A stretch of DNA of 64,000 nt from Armatimonadota bacterium (GCA_039811685.1 JBDHZC010000006.1:64001-128000), one strand, 5' to 3'; shown: positions 27,940 to 37,994, counted from the first letter of the stretch. Made by a program: numbers and translations. The notes: generated from the letters alone by a model not told the origin.

Positions 27940-30104
27940 GATCTGCTTTTCTTGCTGCGCTGCCAGTCGGCTTCGCGGCGCTTTTGTGCGCCGGGTCCCT
28001 CGGAGCCCGCACACTGACAGTCACACCTTCAGACAATCTCCAGGCTGCGCTGGCCATGTCTCGCGCAGGCGATACGGTGCGGGTTGTCGGCGGTCACCAC
28101 CAGGGCCACTTCAAGGTTTCTGTACCAATGACGCTGGCGGGTGAGAACAGCCCGATTCTGGACGGTGGTGGTCATGGCACGGTGCTTGCTATAGATGCGC
28201 CCGATGTCACCGTGCGCGGATTCCATCTTCGCGGAAGCGGCGACTCCCTGGATATGGAAAACTCCGGCATTGTCGTTCTGGCGCCGCGAGCCCGAGTTGA
28301 GAACAACACAATTTCTGATGCGCTCTTTGGCATCTTTCTGCGAAAGGCCGACGATTCAGTTCTCAGGAGTAATCAAATTACCGGCAAGGACCTGGATGTG
28401 CCACGCCGGGGAGACCTGATCCGCATCTGGTACAGCAATGGTGTGACAGTTGAGGATAACACCCTGAGCCAGGGGCGCGATGCGGTCCTCTGGTACTCAC
28501 AAGGCTTGAAGATTCGGCGCAACCGCGCCCTCAACAGCCGCTACGGGCTTCACTTTATGTACTGCGACGACGCAGACATCGAGGGCAACACTCTATCCAA
28601 CAACTCGGTCGGCATCTTTTTGATGTACAGCAGGAGACTGCGGCTGGTCGGCAACACGATCGCGAGCAACCGGGGTCCAAGCGGCTACGGTGTGGGTCTG
28701 AAAGATATGGACGATGCGTTGATTGAGAACAACGCACTCGTGGACAACCGCATCGGCATCCACACGGACAGTTCTCCAAGAGAGATTGACAGCATTCAGA
28801 CAATAGCGCGAAACCTTATCGCCTACAACGATGTTGGCATCAGCATCCTCCCAGATACGCAGCGCAACTACATAACCACAAACAGCTTCCTGGAGAACGG
28901 GGAGCAGGTGCAGGTGGCGGGATCCGGCCAGTTGCAGGGCAACATTTGGGCAGAGCGCGGCCGGGGAAACTACTGGAGCGACTACGCAGGTTACGACAGG
29001 AGCGGGCGAGGTGTGGGGGAGGTACCCTACCGATCGGAAAGTCTCTTCGAGAATCTCACACAACGAGCGGAGGTCTTGAAGGTGCTGGCTGGCAGCCCGT
29101 TCCAGGTAGCGCTGGACTTCGCGGCTCGCGCGTTTCCTGTGTTCAGACCTGCTCCGAAACTGACCGATCCCAATCCGCTTATGACGCCTGTGCTGCCGCA
29201 AGGCGTCCCGGCACTCCCGCGTAAACAGGGACGAGGCCTGGCTGGCACAGCAACTGGTCTGATGCTTGCGCTAGTTGCGATCGCTGGCCTGCCGCGTGCG
29301 CAGAAGGACCCTCGGCGTCCGAGACGTCTGCGCACACCGACCGCTGATCCACTCATCGAAGTGGAAGCTCTCACAAAAAGATTCGGCGCAATCGAAGCGG
29401 TCAAGGGCGTCTCCTTTGCGGTAAGACAGGGAGATGTCGTAGCTCTGTGGGGCCCAAACGGAGCTGGAAAGACCACCGTACTTCGATGTCTTCTGGGTCT
29501 GTTTCCTTTCAGTGGCCAGGTCAGGGTGGTCGGCGTAGATATGCGATCCAGAGGGCGTCTGGCGCGCAGGTTTATCGGATTTGTTCCGCAAGAGCTCAGC
29601 TTTCACGACAGACTCTCGACGGCGGAGACACTTGAGATGTACGCTCGTCTGAAGCACGCGCCGCTTGCCCGGGTTAAAGAGTTGCTTGAAACTCTCGGAC
29701 TGATGGAGCATCATCGCAAGAGCGTGCGCGCGCTGTCTGGAGGACTGAAGCAGCGGCTGGCTCTGGCGTGCGCACTGCTGTCGGACCCGCCCATTCTGCT
29801 GCTGGATGAGCCGACCTCCAATCTGGATCAGGCCGCCAGAGACGATTTTTTGAGTTTGTTGTCCGATCTGAGCCGCGCCGGCAAGACTCTGGTATTCACG
29901 TCACACAGACCCGAAGAGGTCGAGTCGCTTGCGACACGCATTATCCTGATGGAAAATGGCAAGATTGTCCGGGATACCCAGATCAAAGGAACTCCCTCTG
30001 AGGCGGTCACGGATGCGGATGCTCATTCTGAGTTGAAAGACGCCACAGATATTCTTGCGTCCGCGAACCCGAACGAGTGCGGCCTTGCTCTGGAGGGACA
30101 TTAG
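27936..30104 (+). CDS. nosD: NosD-NosF fusion (beta-helix, TM helix, ABC ATPase)
   Basis: RYGLHFMY, GNYWSDY; TM ATGLMLALVAIAGL; GPNGAGKTT, LSGG, LLLDEP, TSH; single ORF; GTGA overlap with nosB. Confidence 0.92.
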   Translation: MRSAFLAALPVGFAALLCAGSLGARTLTVTPSDNLQAALAMSRAGDTVRVVGGHHQGHFKVSVPMTLAGENSPILDGGGHGTVLAIDAPDVTVRGFHLRGSGDSLDMENSGIVVLAPRARVENNTISDALFGIFLRKADDSVLRSNQITGKDLDVPRRGDLIRIWYSNGVTVEDNTLSQGRDAVLWYSQGLKIRRNRALNSRYGLHFMYCDDADIEGNTLSNNSVGIFLMYSRRLRLVGNTIASNRGPSGYGVGLKDMDDALIENNALVDNRIGIHTDSSPREIDSIQTIARNLIAYNDVGISILPDTQRNYITTNSFLENGEQVQVAGSGQLQGNIWAERGRGNYWSDYAGYDRSGRGVGEVPYRSESLFENLTQRAEVLKVLAGSPFQVALDFAARAFPVFRPAPKLTDPNPLMTPVLPQGVPALPRKQGRGLAGTATGLMLALVAIAGLPRAQKDPRRPRRLRTPTADPLIEVEALTKRFGAIEAVKGVSFAVRQGDVVALWGPNGAGKTTVLRCLLGLFPFSGQVRVVGVDMRSRGRLARRFIGFVPQELSFHDRLSTAETLEMYARLKHAPLARVKELLETLGLMEHHRKSVRALSGGLKQRLALACALLSDPPILLLDEPTSNLDQAARDDFLSLLSDLSRAGKTLVFTSHRPEEVESLATRIILMENGKIVRDTQIKGTPSEAVTDADAHSELKDATDILASANPNECGLALEGH

Positions 30105-30934
30105 TGGATCCAAGCGTCGTCCTCGTACTGGCTCAGAAAGAGCTCAAAGACTCCTTCCGCAGCCGCTGGTTTGTCGTTTTTGCAGGAGTGTTTGCAGGGC
30201 TGGCGCTGGCGCTTGTGGCGTTCAGCATGTCAGGAGCGGCCAGCTACGGAATCTCCGGATTTGGCCGCACGGGGGCTTCGCTGGTCAACCTGGTGCTTCT
30301 GATTGCGCCATTGATGGGGTTGACTCTGGGGGCGCTGGGGCTGGCTGGAGAACAGGAGAGAGGTACGCTGGCGTATCTGTTAGCGCAGCCACTCGGAATG
30401 CTGGAGTTGCTGGTCGGCAAGTATTTGGGCATGGCGCTGGCGATTCTTGGCGCGTTGTCGGCGGGCTTTGGCGTCAGCGCGGTGGTCATTCTCGCCCAGG
30501 GCGGATATGCGGATGGCGGCGACTTTCTGGCTCTGATGATACTCTCGTATCTGCTGGCGCTCGTCAGCCTGAGCCTCGGATTCCTGCTGGCCAGCCTTGT
30601 GCGAAGCAGCGTGACGGCGCTTGGCGCGGCGTTATTTGTCTGGCTGATGCTGGTATTTGTGGGGGATCTTGGCCTTATGGGCACGGCATTGGTGCTGCGG
30701 TTTAAGATAGATACTCTTTTTGTTGCGGCGCTGGTCAATCCGCTGCAGGTTTTCAAGATGGCGTCAGTGATCCGGCTTGGCACTCAGCCGGAAGTTCTGG
30801 GTCCGGTTGGCGTCTATGCGTCGCGCACGTACGGGTCGCATTTGATGGCGCTTCTGGTAAGTATTCTGCTGGTCTGGATTGCGGCGCCACTGGCCGGGTC
30901 GGTGGCCTTGTTCAGCAGACGAGGCGCCGCGTGA
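30104..30934 (+). CDS. nosY: ABC permease NosY
   Basis: LAGEQERGTLAYLLAQP...GKYLG; multiple TM segments; operon position. Confidence 0.9.
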   Translation: MDPSVVLVLAQKELKDSFRSRWFVVFAGVFAGLALALVAFSMSGAASYGISGFGRTGASLVNLVLLIAPLMGLTLGALGLAGEQERGTLAYLLAQPLGMLELLVGKYLGMALAILGALSAGFGVSAVVILAQGGYADGGDFLALMILSYLLALVSLSLGFLLASLVRSSVTALGAALFVWLMLVFVGDLGLMGTALVLRFKIDTLFVAALVNPLQVFKMASVIRLGTQPEVLGPVGVYASRTYGSHLMALLVSILLVWIAAPLAGSVALFSRRGAA

Positions 30935-31395
30935 AGGCACGTTGGCTGGTGCTGCTTGCTCTGACGACGGCATTTCTCAACGCTGGATGCGCCCGCCAGG
31001 ACCCAACAGCCACACCGCCACAGGTGCGCTACGGACAGGACCCCTGCACCGAGTGTTCGATGATTATCAACGAGTCCAGATACGCTTCTGCGCTGGTGAC
31101 GGCAGATGGGCAAACGCTACTGTTCGACGATCTGGGAGAGCTTGGAGCTCACGCGAGAAAACTCGACAAACCACCGCTCATGGTGTGGGTGCGCGATTAT
31201 AGCCGTCCAAAAGAGGAAGCATGGCTGAAGGGCTCGCAAGCAGTGTTCGTTCAGAGTCCACAATTGAAAACCCCCATGGGATACGGATTTGTGGCTGTCG
31301 CTTCAGAAAGCGAGGCGAAAAATCTGGCCGTCGAGACGAAAGGGCGCGTTCTACGTTTGAAGGAGATCCTTTCTGCGGAAGAACAACTGCGCTGA
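30931..31395 (+). CDS. nosL: Copper chaperone lipoprotein NosL
   Basis: Lipobox LNAGC; CTECSMII, FDD, TPMGYG. Confidence 0.92.
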   Translation: MKARWLVLLALTTAFLNAGCARQDPTATPPQVRYGQDPCTECSMIINESRYASALVTADGQTLLFDDLGELGAHARKLDKPPLMVWVRDYSRPKEEAWLKGSQAVFVQSPQLKTPMGYGFVAVASESEAKNLAVETKGRVLRLKEILSAEEQLR

Positions 31396-31448
31396 GACAG
31401 AATTTTCCAGACATGGTATCTTGTCTGGAATCTTGTAAGGAGGAATGA

Positions 31449-31946
31449 GTGAAACTGAGTAACCCAAAGTGGGTAATGTTTGCGGCGCCAACAGTCTTGG
31501 CGATGGCATTGGTAGCGGGCTGCGGTGGCCCGAGCACGGAAAGCTCGCAGAGTGGGTCTTCGTCGTCTGGCTCTTCAACCAGCGCGCCAGAAACAACGGC
31601 TCCGTCGTCCACAGCTTCAACGCCTGCGGGTTCGACGACCACGGCTTCCAGCTCTTCAGCCAGTGATGAAGCCAAAGGCAAGGAGCTGTTCGGAAAGACA
31701 TGTGCGACGTGTCACGGCCCGAAGGGCGAAGGCATGCCGGGTCTGGGCAAGGACCTTATTACGAGCAAGTTCGTGAAGTCGGAGACAACCGACAAGCTGG
31801 TCGCTTTCTTGAAGGTGGGGCGCCCTGCGACGGACCCGCTTAACACGACCAAAGTTGATATGCCGCCAAGAGGCGGCAACCCGGCTCTCACAGACGATGA
31901 TCTGAAAGACATCGCTGAATACGTCAGACAGATGAATAAGGGCTAG
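31449..31946 (+). CDS. Monoheme cytochrome c lipoprotein
   Basis: Lipobox LVAGC, Ser/Thr-rich linker, CATCH, distal MPP; AGGAGG RBS. Confidence 0.9.
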   Translation: MKLSNPKWVMFAAPTVLAMALVAGCGGPSTESSQSGSSSSGSSTSAPETTAPSSTASTPAGSTTTASSSSASDEAKGKELFGKTCATCHGPKGEGMPGLGKDLITSKFVKSETTDKLVAFLKVGRPATDPLNTTKVDMPPRGGNPALTDDDLKDIAEYVRQMNKG

Positions 31947-31976
31947 AGCCTCTTACAAGGGAAAACGAGCCATTTG

Positions 31977-32007
31977 CGGCTGGTCGCACTTGCGGCCAGC
32001 CTTTTTT
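31977..32007 (+). terminator. Terminator of nos operon
   Basis: GGCTGGTCGCA-CT-TGCGGCCAGCC-T6. Confidence 0.75.
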
Positions 32008-32237
32008 GCCTGTCAAGTGCCACTGTCGCAATGAATCAGCGTGGCAAGCGACTGCAAATCGTGGAAGGGTTTCTTTGGAGTGTGAGGCGCCTGCCGAGGA
32101 TTTGTGGCGGTGGGCGGTGGGCCACTCCGGAGACGCGGAGAGGGCAGAGTCCCGAAAAAGCTTGTGTGGACCGGACTTCTGATGTATCCTTACTATAGTC
32201 ATCCACTAAGCGTAGTCCCTGCTGAAGGAGGTCCCCA

Positions 32238-34655
32238 CTGAAGTACCTGGCCTGTACCCTCGCACTTTTCTCTCTTCTTGGCATCACTCCCGCCTCGTCG
32301 AACCCTTACGGTATCGCCGGAGCAGGGCAACTCTCAAAGCTCGGCATGCCCGCCGGATGTCTTGAATACTCATGGGATTCTCTGGGCCCTTCCTCGCAAA
32401 TCGAGATGTGCCGGCCCAATCACTACTACGAATATCTCGGCATTGCGACGCGGTGGTGGGGCTGGAACCAGAATACAGGACAGATCAACAATCCCTCGCA
32501 GCTTGCCACATGGATATCCACACATCCGGGCAAGATATGGATCATTGGGAACGAACCTGATCTGAACAGCCAGGACGGCCTGACGCGCGAACAGTACGCG
32601 GCGATGTTCAAAACCTACTACGATTTCATTCGACCGCTGGATCCGAGCGCCAGGTTCGCTATTGCCGGAATTACCGGTGGGTCCAACAACTGGTCTCTGA
32701 ACTACAGCATCGAGTGGTACGGCTACGTTCTCAACTACTATAAGACTACCTACGGATATCCGATGCCTGTGGACATCTGGAACGTTCACTCCTACGCCGG
32801 GGCGATGCAGATTGAAGACCCGGACCAGCCGATTCGCGACTTTGTACAGCCCTTCGTCAACTGGTGTCACACGGTGGACAACGGTCGTTATGCGGGCGCA
32901 GAGGTGTGGATCACTGAAATGCCAATCGGTGAGTGGATGGGCGCTCTCAATCAGGAGTGGATCATCTGGTTTGCTGAGCGCTATCTTCCACGCCTGGAAC
33001 AGTCAGGAGTTTCAAGGTGGTTCTGGTTTATCTCACAGGCCTGGGATTCCTACACGAACGTTGGACTGGTAAACTCAAACGGGACAGTGTCTGCGCTTGG
33101 GCAGGCGTACGCAAGCCTCGCAAACAGCTATCCCAACCCTGTTCCACCTGTGGAGCCATTTGTTCCACAACCCGCGCCACAGTACTTTCAGGACAGCTTC
33201 AGTTCCGGAGGACTCAGTGACCCGTGGATGGTCAAGGCGGGCGTCTGGGTGACGCAAGGTGGAGCAATTCGACAACAGCGAGTAAATCCTGAGTTCGAGG
33301 GCGAAACGTGTGTGCTCCAACACCGGTATTCCGATTTCTCAGCGGACCTGGACATGCGTGTCAACAACGCCACTGATACCGCAAACTGGGTTGGCTTCGT
33401 GTTTCGCATGAACGGGCGATTTGAGTCCATTACACGGAGCGGATACCTCGTTTACATGCGGCGCAACGGAGCAATCGGCCTTTATAACATCATTGACCAT
33501 ACCGTGCAGGAGATACCAGCCGCAGTAGCCGACGGATCGCAGTGGCAAAACTTCCGGGTTACCGTGGTTGGCTGGCGCATTCAGATCTGGGTGAACGGCG
33601 CGCTCCTGATAGACTGGACAGATACGAACCACCGCTTCGGTGAAGGGTATCTTGCGCTACAGGTCTACCGCACCGACAGCAGCTACCGCAATGTGCGCGT
33701 GACAAAGCTGCCGAATGGCCCGAGTGTTCTGCAGCCGGCCCTGACAAATAGCCAGGACACCCTTACGGCGTCCTGGGCGCTGGATCAGCCTCCCTGGGGG
33801 ATTACCGAAACGCAGTACGCTGTGGGGACTACTGCGGGAGGAACAGACACGCGGGGCTGGACCAGCGTGACCGGCAACACCCTCACCGCCACCAATCTAA
33901 GTCTGAATGCCGGCGCCAGATACTACGTTTCGGTGCGGTTCAAGGACACGTTCGGACTTTGGAGCAGCGCGGGTACTGGCGGTGGGACAACTGTTCTCCC
34001 GCCAAAGGGACAGCCCTCTCCGGTCGCCGCCGCCAAAATGAAGGCGGACGGGCAGCCCATTGAGCCGTTCATCGGTATTATCAGCGCGGGGACAGACGCT
34101 CTGGGGACCGTGCTTTATGTTCAGGACCTCGACCGCGCCTCTGGGATCCGGGTCGCGACGACAACTCCAATGACCGCAGGAACGGTTGTCAATGTGGCTG
34201 GAAAAGTAAGTAGTGTCGGCCCGGAGCGAACCATACTTCCAACCGGCATTACAGTGCTCGGCAGCTTGCCGCCACCCACCCCTTTACATCTTGCGGTGAT
34301 GAATGTTGGCGGCGCGGACTGGAAGAACAGCTCGGGCGGCGTCTATCAATATGGAGTTCCGCGCAGCCTGGCGCTGAATAACGTGGGTTTGCTCGTGAGT
34401 GTCTCCGGGCGAGTGACGGATTCGCGCGGATTTTCGTTGACGGTCTGGGACGGCTCCGCCTGGGATACCAGCAGTCCTCCGAAAGACATCTTCGGTTCAG
34501 ACGGAGTCCTGGTTGCGACGCGCGGCCTTGTGACGGTACCTCTGGGCGCAATGGTTAGAGTGACAGGAATCTCTTCGCTCAGAACAAGCGTTGCGGGAAT
34601 AGCGCCGCAGCTTCTTATCCGCACAGCCTCAGACGTGGAAGTGCTTACGCCCTAG
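32238..34655 (+). CDS. Secreted clan GH-A-like glycoside hydrolase + DUF1080/lectin-like + FN3-like + shared C-terminal domain
   Basis: GNEPD, WNVHSY, VWITE; AAGGAGG RBS then in-frame CTG giving signal peptide MKYLACTLALFSLLGITPASS. Confidence 0.8.
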   Translation: MKYLACTLALFSLLGITPASSNPYGIAGAGQLSKLGMPAGCLEYSWDSLGPSSQIEMCRPNHYYEYLGIATRWWGWNQNTGQINNPSQLATWISTHPGKIWIIGNEPDLNSQDGLTREQYAAMFKTYYDFIRPLDPSARFAIAGITGGSNNWSLNYSIEWYGYVLNYYKTTYGYPMPVDIWNVHSYAGAMQIEDPDQPIRDFVQPFVNWCHTVDNGRYAGAEVWITEMPIGEWMGALNQEWIIWFAERYLPRLEQSGVSRWFWFISQAWDSYTNVGLVNSNGTVSALGQAYASLANSYPNPVPPVEPFVPQPAPQYFQDSFSSGGLSDPWMVKAGVWVTQGGAIRQQRVNPEFEGETCVLQHRYSDFSADLDMRVNNATDTANWVGFVFRMNGRFESITRSGYLVYMRRNGAIGLYNIIDHTVQEIPAAVADGSQWQNFRVTVVGWRIQIWVNGALLIDWTDTNHRFGEGYLALQVYRTDSSYRNVRVTKLPNGPSVLQPALTNSQDTLTASWALDQPPWGITETQYAVGTTAGGTDTRGWTSVTGNTLTATNLSLNAGARYYVSVRFKDTFGLWSSAGTGGGTTVLPPKGQPSPVAAAKMKADGQPIEPFIGIISAGTDALGTVLYVQDLDRASGIRVATTTPMTAGTVVNVAGKVSSVGPERTILPTGITVLGSLPPPTPLHLAVMNVGGADWKNSSGGVYQYGVPRSLALNNVGLLVSVSGRVTDSRGFSLTVWDGSAWDTSSPPKDIFGSDGVLVATRGLVTVPLGAMVRVTGISSLRTSVAGIAPQLLIRTASDVEVLTP

Positions 34656-34834
34656 AGCAGTTTTGACAACTCTGGCGAGCTCAGGCAGCGGCGAATCGCC
34701 TGCCTGGAGTGGAGAGAAACTCCGCGCCAAATTGAGAAGCCGGATGCCTGAAGAAATACTTCTTCTGCCCAGACATCGACCAAGGCTCACCCAATGCGTG
34801 TGATGTGAAAGCAGAGAGCGAGCCCTGGAACGAA

Positions 34835-35491
34835 TCAGGAAGGAAGCAGCGTGTAGAACGTATAGTTTTCCGCGCTTTTTAGACGTCCATACGGATAGTA
34901 CTGCACGTGCCCGTCATAGAAGAGGAAGTTCAGTCCTTCTCCATTGTTGTGCGTGTAGTGATCCTGCACTGGCGGGTCGTGATCGTCCTGATAATTGGTG
35001 CTGCCCAGGACGTTTCCGGCAATGTGCCATTCAGTGAGAAGCACCCACTGCGCCGCACTCCCTGGAATTTCCGAAAGTTTGATTCCTCTTCCGTACCTGC
35101 CATCTTTGAGCGCGCGCTGATCGTTCATTGAGTAGCTGCGCGGCAACTTACCAGGTTGGCGCTTCACGCCGTCACTAGGACAGCGAAACAGCTTTTCCGA
35201 CTTGACATACGATTGGATCATCGTATCCCAGCTCGCCCATCCTCCTCCACTCAACGGAGCGGCGCTCGCGGGATAGAAGCCCTGGTTATCATCCGCGTAC
35301 TGCAGAAATGCCAGACCAAGCTGCTTCTCGTTGTTCATACAGGAAGTCCGCCGTGCGGATTCACGGGCCCGGCTGAAAACCGGGAAAAGAATCGCTGCCA
35401 GAATTGCGATAATCGCGATAACGACCAGTAACTCAATGAGCGTAAAGGCGGCCACGCTCCGTCGAGCGCGACCAGTTGCTCTGTGATGCAT
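34835..35491 (-). CDS. Prepilin-type N-terminal cleavage / DUF1559-type protein with H-X9-DG-like motif
   Basis: [55 protein letters not shown]. Confidence 0.9.
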   Translation of the reverse strand: MHHRATGRARRSVAAFTLIELLVVIAIIAILAAILFPVFSRARESARRTSCMNNEKQLGLAFLQYADDNQGFYPASAAPLSGGGWASWDTMIQSYVKSEKLFRCPSDGVKRQPGKLPRSYSMNDQRALKDGRYGRGIKLSEIPGSAAQWVLLTEWHIAGNVLGSTNYQDDHDPPVQDHYTHNNGEGLNFLFYDGHVQYYPYGRLKSAENYTFYTLLPS

Positions 35492-35814
35492 GTCAGTGTC
35501 CCCCAATAACAATGACTGTCAACCCGCGTAACAGGTTCCAGTCATATAGCCGAAGGCCTTGCTGTGGCTGCGCCACCTTGTGTCGAAACCAGCTCGTTTG
35601 CACAAGCGGCCGTTCTGGCAGCGCGACTGCTGAAAGCGCAGCGCTACTGCAGTCGAGCCAGAATACCATATCGCCCGGAGAATTTACAAATCCCTTTTCA
35701 TACGCGCCACAGATTCTCACTCTCAACCTCTACCAATTAGCATGCTATCAGCGTAACAGGTTGCGGAACAGTGCCGCCAGGATGGAGAAACGCCCGCCAG
35801 GCGGAGCTTCCGCG

Positions 35815-35843
35815 TTGAAGGCGCCAGGCGCTCATGATATAAT
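35815..35843 (+). promoter_or_regulatory. Sigma70 promoter of rpmH operon
   Basis: TTGAAG-17nt-TATAAT with TGn extended -10. Confidence 0.8.
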
Positions 35844-35873
35844 GCGGCACGCGAAAAGTCTTCGGAGACAGGA

Positions 35874-36020
35874 ATGAAAAGAACGTATCAACCCAAGGTG
35901 CGGCGCAAAATGCGTGTGCACGGATTCATGAGCAGAATGTCCACTAAAGGTGGCGTCAACGTTATCAAGCGTCGCAGGCTGCGCGGACGCAAGCGGCTGA
36001 CTGTGCGGCGCATGGGCTAG
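35874..36020 (+). CDS. rpmH: 50S ribosomal protein L34
   Basis: Below the ORF cutoff; [48 protein letters not shown]. Confidence 0.97.
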   Translation: MKRTYQPKVRRKMRVHGFMSRMSTKGGVNVIKRRRLRGRKRLTVRRMG

Positions 36021-36046
36021 CGGGAAACCTTCAGGCAAAGAGGCTC

Positions 36047-36511
36047 TTGCTCTCACAAACACACAGGCTGAAGGCTGATCGGGATTTCCGCTTGGTTCAC
36101 GGACGCGGACGCAAGTTCGTCACCCCTTACTTTTTTGCGCGCGCGCTTCAGAGAATGTCCCGGGTGGAGGGAGGCCAGGAGCCTCGCGGAGCGCGTTTTG
36201 GTTTTTCAGCCTCGGAGCGCGTGGGCTCCGCCGTAGTCCGAAACAGAGCCAAGCGCCGGCTCAGGGAAGCAACACGCACATACTTGAGCCAGACGGCGCG
36301 CGGCGGTGGCGAAATAGTCGGGTGTAAAGACTCGATCGCGGGGTGGGACTTCGTCATAAGCGCCCGGGAAGCCGCCGCAACAGCCCCTTTTTCTGACCTG
36401 GTGACTGAGATTGAGCGCGCGATACGCAATCTGAGCTCCGCAAACAAGCCCACGCAACGGCAACCGCGCAGACACTCGTTGCAGAATGGACGCGATGGAG
36501 TCAACACATAA
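36047..36511 (+). CDS. rnpA: RNase P protein component
   Basis: [13 protein letters not shown] (RNR motif); follows rpmH. Confidence 0.93.
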   Translation: MLSQTHRLKADRDFRLVHGRGRKFVTPYFFARALQRMSRVEGGQEPRGARFGFSASERVGSAVVRNRAKRRLREATRTYLSQTARGGGEIVGCKDSIAGWDFVISAREAAATAPFSDLVTEIERAIRNLSSANKPTQRQPRRHSLQNGRDGVNT

Positions 36512-36752
36512 CCCGGCCCAGAATGCTGCCCACAGATCGCCTGTGCAATCAGCAGCCCTGTTCGCAATCAGAGGCGTGTACCAGAGGCTCTCTGCAGTTA
36601 CCCCGAAAGTGTGCCGATTCCAACCGTCCTGCTCGGAATACATGGCCCAGGCTATCGAGAAGTATGGCGTGCTCGTCGGATTCTGGATGGGCTTGAAGAG
36701 GCTGCTGAGATGCCATCCTTTTCACGAGGGCGGCTTTGACCCTGTTGAGTAG
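36486..36752 (+). CDS. yidD: Membrane protein insertion efficiency factor
   Basis: [10 protein letters not shown]...[16 protein letters not shown]. Confidence 0.95.
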   Translation: MDAMESTHNPAQNAAHRSPVQSAALFAIRGVYQRLSAVTPKVCRFQPSCSEYMAQAIEKYGVLVGFWMGLKRLLRCHPFHEGGFDPVE

Positions 36753-36776
36753 GCGGGTCGCCAAGGAGTTTTTTTA

Positions 36777-37994
36777 TTGTTTTTGAGACGCACCGTATCC
36801 ATTGGCGCTGCCGTCGCGAGCGTTCTGCTGGTGTTCATGGCTTCACAATCGGGGCGCGCGGACACCGCGGTGGATTCACAGCTTGCCAGTATACAAAGGT
36901 CCATCTCGGAAGCCGCCGCCAAGCCAGACAAGCCTCGGCGCAAAGCACTGGATGATCTGAACACGAAGCTCCAGAGTATTGTCAAGGCAAACTCGGCGGA
37001 TACGGTTGTGACGCACCACGCGCAGCTTCTTCAAGCCGAGATACTGGAGAAGCGGGACAAAGACCCCGTGAGCGGCTCACAGCACCAGGCGGCCGTAGCG
37101 TACCGCCGGCTGGTAGTGACAGCAGGTCCCGGGGCTATGCAGGGGCATCCGCATGACGGATGGCCTGATGAGTACGTCCAGCAGGCGTATGAACAGTACA
37201 AGCTGAGCGCGACCCGCATCGACAAGGCGAACCAGAGCAAGCTCGAGTACAGATTTCTGGACTTTCTTGTCTCGCTGACAGGCCGGAATAAGCACTACAG
37301 CTACTGGCTGGCGATTTTTGCGGTGACGCTTCTGGTCAAGCTGATTATCACGCCTCTATCTCACATGCAGTTTGAGTCTATGCGCAATATGCAAAGACTC
37401 CAACCGAAGCTGGAGAAGCTGCGCAAGGAGTTGGAAGACGACCCGCGCGAGTTTCAAAAGCAGCAGTGGCAGCTCTTCAAAGACTACAATGCCAATCCCC
37501 TGATGGGGTGTCTGCCGCTGCTTGTCCAGCTTCCTTTTCTGATGCTGCTGTACCGGATGATTCGCGTCTATGAGTTCCAGTTCGCAAAAGGCGACTTTCT
37601 CTGGATCGGCAGCGCTTTATCAATGAAAGTCCCGGGTATAGGAGCGAGCCTGGCAGATCCGGACTGGATTCTGCTGGTGCTCTACGGGGTGAGCATGTAC
37701 ATTTCCACCAAGATGAGCTCAGCGGCAACGGTGGACAAAGCTCAGGCCGACCAGCAGAAGATGATGGCCTTTCTGATGCCTGTCATGCTTTTGTTCTTCT
37801 TCAAAGACTTCGAGTCCGCGTTCATTCTTTACTGGCTCGTTCTGAACATTCTCACGACGACTCAGCAGTATTTTATGCTGAACAAGCCAGTCCCTGCGCT
37901 AGCCCTTGAAGATGAAGAGCCTGTTATCACTCCGGTCCAAGCCACAGCCGCTGTGGCTGCTACTAAGGGGCCACGCCCTCGGAAGAGGAAGTGA
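36777..37994 (+). CDS. yidC: Membrane protein insertase
   Basis: MQRLQPKL, NPLMGCLPLLVQLP, FLWI, LYW; operon context. Confidence 0.93.
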   Translation: MFLRRTVSIGAAVASVLLVFMASQSGRADTAVDSQLASIQRSISEAAAKPDKPRRKALDDLNTKLQSIVKANSADTVVTHHAQLLQAEILEKRDKDPVSGSQHQAAVAYRRLVVTAGPGAMQGHPHDGWPDEYVQQAYEQYKLSATRIDKANQSKLEYRFLDFLVSLTGRNKHYSYWLAIFAVTLLVKLIITPLSHMQFESMRNMQRLQPKLEKLRKELEDDPREFQKQQWQLFKDYNANPLMGCLPLLVQLPFLMLLYRMIRVYEFQFAKGDFLWIGSALSMKVPGIGASLADPDWILLVLYGVSMYISTKMSSAATVDKAQADQQKMMAFLMPVMLLFFFKDFESAFILYWLVLNILTTTQQYFMLNKPVPALALEDEEPVITPVQATAAVAATKGPRPRKRK

